Positions 11,940-24,199 of a stretch of DNA of 64,000 nucleotides are shown piece by piece (position 1 is the stretch's first letter; each line of letters begins with the position of its first letter). Location: the NCBI RefSeq assembly GCF_039654945.1, contig NW_027361964.1:2294001-2358000 (forward strand), in the 5' to 3' direction. The stretch comes from Dendrobates tinctorius (taxonomy: Eukaryota). The notes below the pieces were generated by a model, which did no database searches, was not told the DNA's origin, and saw nothing but the letters and a program-made list of their open reading frames with translations. Made by a program: the position numbers and the translations under genes.

Positions 11940-12973
11940 CGCAATTTTCCGAGTCCTGTAGCGTCTCCATTTTTCATGATCTGGGGTCGGGTGGGGGCTT
12001 ATTTATTCCGTGCCGGGCTGACGTTTTAATGATACCACTTTTGTGCAGCTACGTTCTTTTGATCGCCCGTTATTGGATTTTAATGCAATGTCTTGGCGAC
12101 CAAAAAAACGTAATTCTGGCGTTTTGAGTTTTTTTCTCGCTACGTCATTTAGCGATTGGGTTAATCCTCTTTTTTCATTGATAGATCGGGCGATTCTGAA
12201 CACGGCGATACCTAATATGTGTATGTGGGATTTTTTTGTTTACTGTTTTATTTTGATTGGGGCGAAAGGGGGGTGATTTGAACTTTTAGGTTTTTTAAAA
12301 AATTTTTATTTTTAAACATTTTTTTTTTTTACTTTTGGCATGATTCAATAGCCTCCATAGGAGGCTAGAAGCATGCGCAACCCGATCGGCTCTGCTACAT
12401 ATGGGCGATGAGCAGATCGCCCATATGTAGCAGATTTACTGCTGTGCTTTCAGCGCCGACCACCGGGTGGCGCTGAAAGCCATCAGCCTGGAACAACCAT
12501 AGAGGTCTCATAGAGACCACTGGTTGTCCAGGCAACATGACGCCGACCCCCGATCACGTGACGGGGGTCGGCGATGAGGTCATTTCCGGCCCGGCGGCAG
12601 GAAATGCTATTTAATGCCCGCTGTCAGCTTTGACAGCGGGATTTAACTAGTTAATAGGCGCGGGCGGACGGCGATTCCGCTCGCGCCTATTGCGGGCACA
12701 TGTCAGCTGTTCATAACAGCTGACATGTCCCGGCTTTGATGCGGGCTCAGCGCCGGAGCCTTCATCAAAGCAGGGGAGATGTCCGATGACGGACTGTGTA
12801 TGTCATTGGACATTAAGGGGTTAATGTGCTGGAGAAAAATATCCTGTTTTACTTCATACCACAGTCTAATCTTTACATAGTCTGAAAAAGGCAGAATGGC
12901 TCAGAACTCCATGTCCCCGACACACAGCATGTGCACACAAGTCCCACCACCCCCCCAGGAACCCACTGCCTCA
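10968..12973 (-). mobile_element. Probable old solo LTR interrupted by the 11526-12820 MITE; boundaries uncertain
   Basis: The right end reads TGAGGCAG on the minus strand; a GGTCA..GACATCA..CAGGTCCTG motif is shared with the 20974-22072 LTR; no TSD found. Confidence 0.35.
11526..12820. mobile_element. Non-autonomous TTAA-targeting DNA transposon (piggyBac/T2-type MITE)
   Basis: Termini CCCCTTAA...TTAAGGGG flanked by TAAA/TTAA; internal palindromes such as ACATGTCAGCTGT..ACAGCTGACATGT and CGCCGACCCC..GGGGTCGGCG. Confidence 0.8.
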
Positions 12974-13404
12974 TCCAATAAGAAGACCACCACTAAGAGC
13001 AGATGTCACTGACAAATGCACCTGCTGTTCTTCACGCTCAAGTCTCCAGAATTCAGCGCATCCTTGGCACTATAGAGTAATCATTATCATCATTACACTG
13101 CTGCCTTTATATCTGAAGATTTCATGCAGATAAGCTCTCCAGTTTCTTTGGTTAATTGAGGAAATATGCAAACCGTGCAGTTCTAGACTTACATTTAATA
13201 GCCTTGCATCACGTGGCTGCTCTGGGGATGGACTGCGAGTCCTGACTCATGAGCACCAACAACTGTAATTTGCAAAGGAAATGATAACTTCTATGTAATG
13301 AATCTGCTGAACTATACATACACTCCATCAAGAGAAGAGCGGATTTGCATCTTATTCTTACAGATTATTTTACGTCTAAAAATTACATTTTGTTTATGGA
13401 AATT

Positions 13405-16400
13405 AATTCATCCTCCACACTGGGCCTTTTTCATGTCCGGCTCATCCTCTATACTGAGCCCTCTTCATGTCCAGCTCGTCCTCTATACTGAGCCTTTTTC
13501 ATGTCCGGCTCATCCTCTATACTGAGCCCTCTTCATGTCCAGCTCGTCCTCTATACTGAGCCCTCTTCATGTCCAGCTCGTTCTCTATACTGAGCCCTCT
13601 TCACGTCCAGCTCATCCTCCATACTGAGCCCTCTTCATGTCCAGCTCATCCTCCATACTGAGCCCTCTTCATGTCCAGCTCGTCCTCTATACTGAGCCCT
13701 CTTCACGTCCAGCTCATCCTCTATACTGAGCCCTCTTCATGTCCAGCTCATCCTCTATACTGAGCCCTCTTCATGTCCAGCTCATCCTCTATACTGAGCC
13801 CTCTTCATGTCCAGCTCATCCTCTATACTGAGCCCTCTTCACGTCCAGCTCATCCTCTATACTGAGCCCTCTTCATGTCCAGCTCATCCTCTATACTGAG
13901 CCCTCTTCATGTCCAGCTCATCCTCCATACTGAGCCCTCTTCATGTCCAGCTCATCCTCCATACTGAGCCCTCTTCATGTCCAGCTCGTCCTCTATACTG
14001 AGCCCTCTTCACGTCCAGCTCATCCTCTATACTGAGCCCTCTTCATGTCCAGCTCATCCTCTATACTGAGCCCTCTTCATGTCCAGCTCGTCCTCTATAC
14101 TGAGCCCTCTTCATGTCCAGCTCATCCTCCATACTGAGCCCTCTTCATGTCCAGCTCATCCTCTATACTGAGCCCTCTTCATGTCCAGCTCATCCTCTAT
14201 ACTGAGCCCTCTTCATGTCCAGCTCATCCTCCATACTGAGCCCTCTTCATGTCCAGCTCATCCTCTATACTGAGCCCTCTTCACGTCCAGCTCATCCTCC
14301 ATACTGAGCCCTCTTCATGTCCAGCTCATCCTCTATACTGAGCCCTCTTCACGTCCGGCTCATCATCCATACTGAGCCCTCTTCACGTCCAGCTCATTCT
14401 CTATACTGAGCCCTCTTCATGTCCAGCTCATCCTCTATACTGAGCCCTCTTCACGTCCAGCTCATCCTCTATACTGAGCCCTCTTCACGTCCAGCTCATT
14501 CTCTATACTGAGCCCTCTTCATGTCCAGCTCATCCTCTATACTAAGCCCTCTTCACGTCCAGCTCATTCTCTATACTGAGCCCTCTTCACGTCCAGCTCA
14601 TCCTCCATACTGAGCCCTCTTCATGTCCAGCTCATCCTCTATACTGAGCCTTCTTCATGTCCAGCTCATTCTCTATACTGAGCCCTCTTCACGTCCAGCT
14701 CATTCTCTATACTGAGCCCTCTTCACGTCCAGCTCATCCTCTATACTGAGCCCTCTTCACGTCTAGCTCATCCTCTATACTGAGCCCTCTTCACGTCCAG
14801 CTCATCCTCTATACTGAGCCCTCTTCACGTCCAGCTCATCCTCTATACTGAGCCTTCTTCATGTCCAGCTCATCCTCTATACTGAGCCCTCTTCATGTCC
14901 AGCTCATTCTCTATACTGAGCCCTCTTCACGTCCAGCTCATCCTCTATACTGAGCCCTCTTCACGTCCAGCTCATCCTCTATACTGAGCCTTCTTCATGT
15001 CCAGCTCATCCTCTATACTGAGCCCTCTTCAGGTCCAGCTCATCCTCTATACTGAGCCCTCTTCACGTCCAGCTCATCCTCCATACTGGGCCTTCTTCAT
15101 GTCCAGCTCATCCTCCATACTGGGACTTCTTCATGTCAAGCTCATCCTCCATACTGGGACTTCTTCATGTCAAGCTCATCCTCCATACTGGGACTTCTTC
15201 ATGTCAAGCTCATTCTCCATACTGTGCCTTCTTCATGTCCAGCTCATCCTCTATACTGAGCCCTCTTCATGTCCAGCTCATCCTTCATACTGGGCCTTCG
15301 TCATGTCCAGCTCATCCTCTATACTGAGCCCTCTTCATACCCAGCTCATTCTCTATACTGAGCCCTCTTCATGTCCAGCTCATCCTCTATACTGAGCCCT
15401 CTTCATGTCCAGCTCATCCTCCATAATGAGCCTTCTTCATGTCCAGCTCATCCTCCATACTGGGCCTTCTTCATGTCCAGCTCATCCTCTATACTGAGCC
15501 CTCTTCATGTCCAGCTCATCCTCCATACTGTGCCTTCGTCATGTCCAGCTCATCCTCCATACTGGGCCTTCTTCATGTCCAGCTCATCCTCCACACTAGG
15601 CGTTCTTCATGTCCAGCTCATCCTTCACACTGGGCCTTCTTCATGTCCAGCTCATCCTCCACACTGGGGGTTCTTCATGTCCAGCTCATCCTCCACACTA
15701 GGCCTTCTTCATGTCCAGCTCATCCTCCACACTGGGCCTTCCACATGTCCAGCTCATCCTCCATACTGGGCCTTCTTCATGTCCAGCTCATCCTCCATAC
15801 TGGGCCTTCTTCATGTCCAGCTCATCCTCCACACTAGGCGTTCTTCATGTCCAGCTCATCCTTCACACTGGGCCTTCTTCATGTCCAGCTCATCCTCCAC
15901 ACTGGGGGTTCTTCATGTCCAGCTCATCCTCCACACTAGGCCTTCTTCATGTCAAGCTCATCCTCCACACTGGGCCTTCCACATGTCCAGCTCATCCTCC
16001 ATACTGGACCTTCTTCATGTCCAGCTCATCCTCCATACTGGGCCTTCTTCATGTCCAGCTCATCCTCCATACTGGGCCTTCTTCATGTCCAGCTCATCCT
16101 CCACACTAGGCCTTCTTCATGTCCAGCTCATCCTCCATACTAGGCCTTCTTCATGTCCAGCTCATCCTCCACACTGGGCCTTCTACATGTCCAGCTCATC
16201 CTCCACACTGGGCCTTCTTCATTTCGAGCTCATCCTCCACACTGGGCCTTTCTCATATCCAGTTCATCCTCTACACTGAGCCCTCTTCATGTCCAGCTCA
16301 TCCTCCACACTGGACCTTCTACATGTCCAGCTCATCCTCCATACTGGGCCTTCATGTCCAGCTCATCCTCCATACTGTGCCTTCTTCATGTCCAGCTCAT

Positions 16401-17195
16401 TCTCCACACTGGGCCTTTTTCATGTCCGGCTCATCCTCCACACTGGGCCTTTTTCATGTCCGGTCATCCTTCATACTGGGCCTTCTTCATGCCCGACTCA
16501 TCCTCCACAATGGGCCTTTTTCATGTCCAGCTCATCCTCCACACTGGGCCTTCTTCATGCCCGGCTCATCCTCCACACTGGGCCTTTTTCATGTCCGGCT
16601 CATCTACCATACTAGGCCCTCTTCATGTCCAGCTCATCCTCCATACTGGGCCTTTCTCATATCCAGCTCATTTTCCACACTTTGCCTTTTTTCTTGTCCA
16701 GTTCATCCACCATACTGGGCCTTCTTCACGCCCAGCTCATCCTCCACACTGGGCCTTTCTCATATCCAGCTCATCCTCTACACTGAGCCCTCTTCATGTC
16801 CAGCTCATCCTCCACACTGGGCCTTCTACATGTCGAGCTCATCCTCCATACTGTGCCTTATTCATGTCCAGCTCATCCTCCACACTGGGCCTTTTTCATG
16901 TCCGGCTCATCCTCCACACTGGGCCTTTTTCATGTCCGGTCATCCTCCATACTGGGTCTTCTTCATGCCTGACTCATCCTCCACACTGGGCCTTTTTCAT
17001 GTCCAGCTCATCCTCCACACTGGGCCTTTTTCATGTCTGGCTCATCTACCATACTAGACCCTCTTCATGCTCAGCTCATCCTCCATACCGGGCCTTTCTC
17101 ATATCCAGCTCATTTTCCACACTGAGCCTTTTTTTTGTCCAGCTCATGATCCATACTGGGCCCTCTTCATGTCTGGCTCATCCTCCCCACTGCGC
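13405..17195. repeat. 34-bp minisatellite array (ATACTGAGCCCTCTTCATGTCCAGCTCATCCTCT)n, ~3.8 kb, ~110 units
   Basis: Direct 34-bp periodicity; two subtype blocks. Confidence 0.97.
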
Positions 17196-17441
17196 ACTCA
17201 TAATTGTCACCTGTTTTTCTGGCCGATACTTAATATCAAAGAAAACATTATCTATTTCTCTCACCCACTGATGCCGGTACTAAATCGCAGGGGCAAACAC
17301 AGAAGAGGGCCTCTGTGTGAGACCAGCATATGGGCCCTTTGCATTTCAATAATGGTCAGTGATGGTTTGCTGGCTTGGAGGTGGTAGTGACTCCCGTACC
17401 TCATGGGTCCCTCTGTGACTGCACAAGTTGCACCAATGGCA

Positions 17442-19028
17442 CAGTGGAGAAAATAAGTATTTGTTTCGCTGCCGATTTTGCAAGTTTTCCGCCCTACAAA
17501 GAATGGAGAGGTCTGTAATTTTTATTGTAGGTACACTTCACTTGTGAGTGACAAAAAATAAAAACCAGAAAATCACATTGTAGATTATATAATTAATTTG
17601 CATTTTACTGCATGAAATAAGTATTTGATCAATGACCAATCAGCAAGAATTCTGGTTCTCACAGACCTGTTAGTGTTTCTGTAAGAAGCCTCCTACTCTG
17701 CACTCATTACCTGGATTAATTGCTGATTGACCTCGTTACCTGTATAAAAGAATCATAGAATCATAGAACAGACACCTGTCCACACACTCAATCACACTCC
17801 AACCTCTCCACCATGGCCAAGACTAAAGAGCTGCCTAAGGACACCAGGGACAAAATTGTAGACCTGCACAAGGCTGAGATGGGCTACAGGACAGTAGGCA
17901 AGCAGCTCAGTGATAAGGCAACAACTGTTGGCACAGTTAGAAAATGGAAGAAACACAAGATGAATGTCAATCTTCCTCAGTCTGGGGCTCCATGCAAGAT
18001 CTTGCCTCGTGTGGTAAGGACGATTCAAGGAAAGGTCAGGAATCAGCCCAGAACTACACGGGAGGACCTGGTCAATCACCTGAAGAGAGCTGGGACCACA
18101 GTCTCAAACATTACCGATAGTAAACACACTATGCTATTGTGGATTACAATCCAGCAGCCCATGCAAGGTCCCCCTGCTCACACCGCACATGTCCAGGCCC
18201 ATCTGAAGTTGGCCAATGACCATCTGGATGATGCAAAAGAGGCATGGGAGAAAGTAATGTGGTCAGATGAGACCAAAATCAAACTTTTAGGTATCAAATC
18301 CACTCGCTGTTTTGGAGGAATAAGGATTAGTACAACCCCAAGAACACCGTCCTAACCGTGAAGCATGGTGGGGGAAACATCATACGTTGGGGCTGCTTTT
18401 CTGCAAAAAGGACAGGATGACTGCACCATATTGAAGGGACGATAGATGAAATCATGTATCAGAAGATTTTGTTCAACAACCTCCTTCCCTCAGTAAGAGC
18501 ATTGAAGATGGGTCGTGGCTGGTTCTTCCAGTATGAGAATGACCCGAAACACACAGCCAGGGCAACTAAGGAACCGCTCCATAAGAAGCATTTCAAGATC
18601 CTGGAGTGGCCTATCCAGTCTCCAGACCTGATCCTAGAGGAAAATCTTTGGAGGGAGCTGAAACTCAATATTACCCATCGACAGCCCTGAAACCTGAAAG
18701 ATCTGGAGAAGATCTGTATGGAGGAGGGGGCCAAAATCCCTGCTGCAGTGTGTGCCAACCTGGTCAAGAGCTACAGGAAACGCCTGACCTCTGTAATTAC
18801 AAAGGTTTCTGCACTAAATATTAAGTTCTGTATTTCTATTATATCAAATACTTATTTCATGTAATAAAATGCAAATGAATTATGTAACAATCCTGCAATG
18901 TGATTTATTCTTAGATTCTGTCTCTCACAGGTGACATGTACCTATGATTAGAGTTACAGCCCTCTCCATTCTGTGTAGGTGGGAAAACTCACAAAATCGG
19001 CAGAGGATCAAATACTTACTCCCCACTG
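17442..19028 (+). mobile_element. Full-length Tc1-family DNA transposon (~1.59 kb) with a defective transposase
   Basis: TIRs CAGTGGAGAAAATAAGTATTTG / CAAATACTTACTCCCCACTG with extended inverted arms, surrounding transposase fragments. Confidence 0.93.
17813..18824 (+). pseudogene. Tc1 transposase pseudogene (frameshifts and stops)
   Basis: [17 protein letters not shown] paired-like HTH; VMWSDETKI; NDPKHT; [15 protein letters not shown]. Confidence 0.9.
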
Positions 19029-19299
19029 TGTGTCCACCCTTGCTATATAGTATTACGGTACTGAGAACACACAGTGAGGCAATTATCACAATACACTGTG
19101 AAGACTGGAATCTCCACAAACTCCGAGTGAATGAGATCATTATAAGTCACGAGAACGGCTAAGCCTTTAATTGCACAGAAGCTGAATAACGCTCCGAGGT
19201 CTCCTAGGATTGTGTTGAACCTTTTTAAGCTCTTGAATGCAAACACGGAAATATCAAAATGATCTCAACGTTTCTGACTACATATGTGGCAACCAACAG

Positions 19300-20738
19300 A
19301 AAAGCCCTTTATCCCTTTTCTTGGAAGATGCCTGCCTGGGGTTTACATACCGGTGGTGCATACCGACAAGGGGTAAGGAAAAAATAATCTTTTTAGGGAA
19401 GTATTAAGGTGTCTGCTCTTTATTAACATCTTAAAAGTATCTCAGTTTTGGGATCAATAACATGTTTGCTATCAGATAGAAAATAAGCAATGCCTTCACT
19501 TCATTGTCTTCTGGATACAACTCCGCAAATCATTCAGCTTACCACTCGAAAGACGGCACTCCATCATCATGGCGTCCAACTCAATTCCCAAAAAAATTAA
19601 AACCGTTATCAGTCCAACAGTTTTGTTTTTGGAGCCAGAGGAATGCCAAAATCCCTGGCGACCTGCTCCACTGTTTGCAGCACTACTGCACAAACCGGGA
19701 ACTGTGGAGGACCCGAGCATAGAAAGTCATCCAAGTAACGCATGACCGATTCCACACCTGACTCTTGTTTCACAACCAATTCCACGAACAAACTCAATTT
19801 TTCAAAGTACGTCAATGAGATAGAACAACCCATAGGCAAACAATAGTCAACAAAAAATTAGCCTTCCCAAGAACAGCCTAACAAGCCAAAAATTTCCAGG
19901 TGAACTGGAAAAGAAACACAGCTTTGGTATCCGTTTTTGCTAACAAGGCCCCTTTACCAAACCATCTGACCTGTTCAATAGCCCTGTCAAAAGAAACGTA
20001 TGACACCAAAACCAAATCTGGGTTAATCCATTCATTCACCGACGACCCTTCCAGGAATGACAAGTGATGGATTAAGCGGAACTTATTAGGTTCCTTTTTT
20101 GGCATCAAACCTAATGTAGAAATCCTCAAATTATGCAATGGGCAATCCATGAATCGCCCCGCCACCCTTCCTAATTCCACTTCCTAAACCAACTTTTCTC
20201 GAACAACATCCGGATGAACTATCGCGGATTTTAGGTTACAGGCCGAGGTGGAAATATTCTGAGCAACTGAGGGAATCTTGAAACCATAACAGAAGCTGAC
20301 CCTCAAGAAAACTGTAATTTCCTTATCAAAAAACGTATTTAGGTACAGTTTCGTGCGCCCTACTCTCACCGGCATCGTCCTTCTTACTTGCAGTTTCTCG
20401 AAACTTTCCCTTTCCTTTTTTGAATGATTTGGTGTGACTATTGGATCCCCCACATGTGGAACACTGGTGCTTGATCCGGCACAATGTCCCAAAACTACAC
20501 TCTCTTTAGTTAAAATGCCAACACAGCCCCTTTCGGGTATTTGCCCAAGATCCCTCTGTGTTAGCGACACCTCCGGCAACCCCGAGAAAGGACTGTGGCC
20601 TACCTCTCGGCGCTGTCATCAGCCACATCCATAAACTGATTTTTTATGTTCCCATCGCAAAGAAGGCTTGACAACCTTTCTATGTCTAAATTGCTTGTCA
20701 TATTGTAACTAACCCAAACCTCTTATGTGCGATAAGCA
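19300..20738 (-). mobile_element. DIRS-order (Ngaro-like) retrotransposon fragment: gag zinc finger plus RT, degenerate
   Basis: ISTLGLMPKKEPNKFRLIHHLSF..GSSVN, PMGCSIS..YFE and RYLDDFL in broken frames; Cys/His finger remnant near 20450-20530. Confidence 0.8.
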
Positions 20739-20973
20739 CAGGGTCGGACTGGGGCGTCTGGGGCCCACAGAGGGAATTGACCTTAGGGGCCCACCCTACA
20801 GCTAGATGCAAATACCTGTTAGCCATTATCCCCCTTATAGTGGCGCATCAAGTGTAAAACACAGGAGGTGCCTGCAGGGGCGGACACTTACAGCTTGGGG
20901 CCCCTTTGCAAGAAATGTGCCTGGGCTCCCCTTCCTTTTATGGCAACAAAGCTACATATATATATATATATAT

Positions 20974-22072
20974 AGTAGCGTTCCACACTGTCTGTGAACG
21001 GGGATTACTCACTTCACCAGTCTTGGAGGTAAACACTGGCACACTCAGGGTTAAAACGAGTCCATTCGGTTTATTTTCTCCATAAACCATTGAAGCATGA
21101 ACAAAAGGCAGACAAACAGTCTTAAGGCCCCGTCTCACATAACGAGATCGCTAATGTGTCACCGATTTTGTGACGCAACAGTGTGACACATAGCGGTGAC
21201 CGGCCCTCCCGCTGGATATCGCTGATCGTGCTCGAATGTCCTGGGCCATTTTTTGATCGTCGGCGTCCCGCTGGCCAGCATGCATCGCTGTGTTTGACCC
21301 CACGAGCGACCTCGTTGGTGACGCAGAACTCAGGGACGCAGGCGGGAGTCGTCAGAATAGCTGCTGTGTGACAAGGTCCCAACGACCGCTGAGGTCGTTA
21401 TACGGATCACCGCATCGTGGCTGCGTCGCTGAAGAGATCTGCCTGTTTGGCAGCTTACTAGCGATCACCAGTGATCCTTACCAGGTCGCATCGATGTCGG
21501 GATCACTGGTGCGTCGCTAAGTGAAACGGGATCCTTACAGCAACACAGAAACAGTCCTTATTTGGCTTTGTTCCCTCAGGCCCTGAGCGGACACAGGCCA
21601 GGGCAATGTCCAGCCCAGAGGCTCCGTCTTGAGCCGCACATACAGGGGGGCTTCTCCTTCCTGAACAGAGACCCCTCTGTAGTGTCCCACCTGGACACAT
21701 GGAAGTCTGTCCACACTCTGACAGACTCCTCACACTCACTGCCATGTGCTAAACACAGCCTCCATTATGTAGGCTGTAAGCGCACCCCCAGGTGAGGTAT
21801 AGATCACATGGGCTGGTCACATGGTCATGACCTCACGGCAGGTCCTGAAGGAAAACAGGGGTACAGTCAACACCCTCACCCAGAGGTGAGGCAATATGGG
21901 TAGCCAGACCCTCCCATCTCTCATAGCTACCCGCAACCTGGACCCAGTGCACTAAACGCAGTATTAGTGCTCATGTGCACTAACAACAAAATACTCCGGG
22001 TTGCATCGCAGGGAGCATCCATCCCTGTGACATATACCTCCCATTAACCACGCGACCACCAGTCACGCCACA
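20974..22072 (-). mobile_element. Probable solo LTR inserted in a (TA)n microsatellite and interrupted by a MITE
   Basis: Termini (A)GTAGCG...CGCCACA; (TA)n runs on both flanks; minus-strand AATAAA at ~21070. Confidence 0.5.
21125..21534. mobile_element. PIF/Harbinger-type MITE
   Basis: Imperfect TIRs AGGCCCCGTCTCACATA / TAAGTGAAACGGGATCC; 3-bp TSD TTA at 21122-21124 and 21535-21537. Confidence 0.75.
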
Positions 22073-22079
22073 GTATATA

Positions 22080-22111
<32 letters not shown>

Positions 22112-22479
22112 CAGCCACACACACATACATGTATATATCTTACATAGTCTCCTTTATTACGTATATTACTGTCCCTTATTACCCTGTGCCCTCTCTTGTT
22201 ATGCATAGCTCCACCCCTTAGATATCAGGTTATATAGCACCATGTCTTTATTACATACCGTTCTCTCTTGTATAATGTAATGATGGCTGATGGAGCATGG
22301 GAAAGATCTTTTTGTAAAGGAGGAGATAACGGACTGGTAGTCTGGTCAACGGCTCCTCCATCAGCAGTCAATTTATATCTAACAAGAGAGGGGACTATGT
22401 AATAAAAGAGGACACTGTGAATAACAAAAATAACAAGAATACACTATGAGACAATACTGTACATAACAGCAGAGGAAGC

Positions 22480-23233
22480 TATATAATAAGGGACGGCATC
22501 ATATATAACTAGAGAGGATGGTACATAATAAGGGACAGTGTTATATATAACAAAAGAGGAAAACTATGTAACTAAGGATGGTGTTATACATAATAGTGAG
22601 TACACTATATACTAAGAGACTGTGCTATACACAATAAGTGAGTACACTATATACTAAGGGACTGAGGTATGCATAATAAGTGATTACACTATATAATAAG
22701 GGACTGTGCTATACATAATAAGTGATTACACTATATAATAAGGGACTGTGCTATACATAATAAGATAATAAGTGAGTACACAATATACTAAGGGATTGAG
22801 CTATACATAATACGTGAGTACACTACATACTAAGGGACTGTGCTATACATAATAAGTGATTACACTATATAATAAGGGACTGTGCTATACATAATAAGTG
22901 ATTACACTATATAATAAGGGACTGTGCTATACATAATAAGTGATTACTCTATATACTAAGGGACTGTGCTATACATAATAAGTGATTACTCTATATACTA
23001 AGGGACTGTGCTATACATAATAAGTGATTACTCTATATACTAAGGGACTGTGCTATACATAATAAGTGATTACTCTATATACTAAGGGACTGTGCTATAC
23101 ATAATAAGTGATTACTCTATATACTAAGGGACTGTGCTATACATAATAAGTGATTACTCTATATACTAAGGGACCGTGCTATACATAATAAGTGATTACT
23201 CTATATACTAAGGGACTGTGCTATACATAATAA
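22480..23233. repeat. 42-bp minisatellite array (ACTAAGGGACTGTGCTATACATAATAAGTGATTACTCTATAT)n
   Basis: Direct 42-bp periodicity; near-perfect units at the right end. Confidence 0.93.
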
Positions 23234-24199
23234 AGCTACATTCCTGTATCCTTGTGAAGTGTTGGTATGCTGCCCACTTTTAAAGATGCATTGAGCATGT
23301 CCTATTCTGATCCTCAAAATTGTATCAGAACAAAACTTTCTATGACCCTCACGGATCTCATTATCAGATCCGTAATTTTCATGTATATGTGAATGGATCT
23401 ATAAAACTCCATGAATCCGTGTGCCATCTGATAAAAAAAATGGAAGCACACAAACATTTCACCCAAATGTGAGAATGTAGAATAAGGGATTTTACAAAAA
23501 AACATTATCACTCCATGTCACACAGTGCAGATACAGAATAATATCTACATCCAGGCACTTACCGCTGACCTCTCGTCTGATTAGAGCCACTTTCTGCTGT
23601 TTCTTCTCCATCTGGTCAGACCTTCATGTCGACATCTCCCAGCCACGACTCGTCACAATGGTCATCGCACCCCTGAAAATAACAAGGTCACATATATTGT
23701 ATACATACATGTGTCTCCCCCCAAATACAGATATGTATCTCACCATTAATATACTATTAGCCTCCTGTTCGTAAGTCCATTAATAAGTCCCCCTTGCTCC
23801 CTTCCCAATCCCACACAACCCTCATTGTCCTCCTCCCCCCGCATCCCATCATTGTCCTCTCCCCCTCCTCCATAATTGCTATTGTCTCCTGTAGGCAGCG
23901 GAGCTGCAGGCATCACTCTCTGCTCGCTGCACACTAGGGCAATCTGACCAGGGGCTCCCCGAGGCCCCAAAGGGCCAGATAAACAGGCCAGATTGCCCTC
24001 AGTGTTAGCTGCCAAGCAGAGTCCCCCGTGCAACTGCACCGGCTGCACACGCGGTATGTCCGCCCCTGGGCTCCTGCACATCTTCTGGTACTTTGTTATA
24101 CCAGCCTGCGGAAGGGACCTAAGAAGTCCCAAAAGCTGCTTTGTAACATCTTTTATTTTTTTGTTGCTAGCCATTAAAAAGTATCATAACTACAAGATT

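Larger units (their letters stand above)
17288..19042. mobile_element. hAT-type MITE (CAGGGGC...CCCTTG) split by the Tc1 insertion
   Basis: Imperfect TIRs; flanks CTAAATCG and CTATATAG match at 6 of 8 positions. Confidence 0.5.

Noticed and set aside
13405-17195. CRISPR array (repeat lengths of 30-42 bp here and in the other arrays)
   Set aside because: Units are head-to-tail with no unique spacers, there are no cas genes, and the context is eukaryotic
14997-17387. Overlapping MSSSSSILG... ORFs
   Set aside because: Translations of the 34-bp satellite cycling through the three frames
23563-23672. 110-nt minus-strand exon-like segment bounded by TTTTCAG and GTAAGT
   Set aside because: No partner exons or recognisable protein; it sits among transposon-like sequence, so a host gene is unsupported
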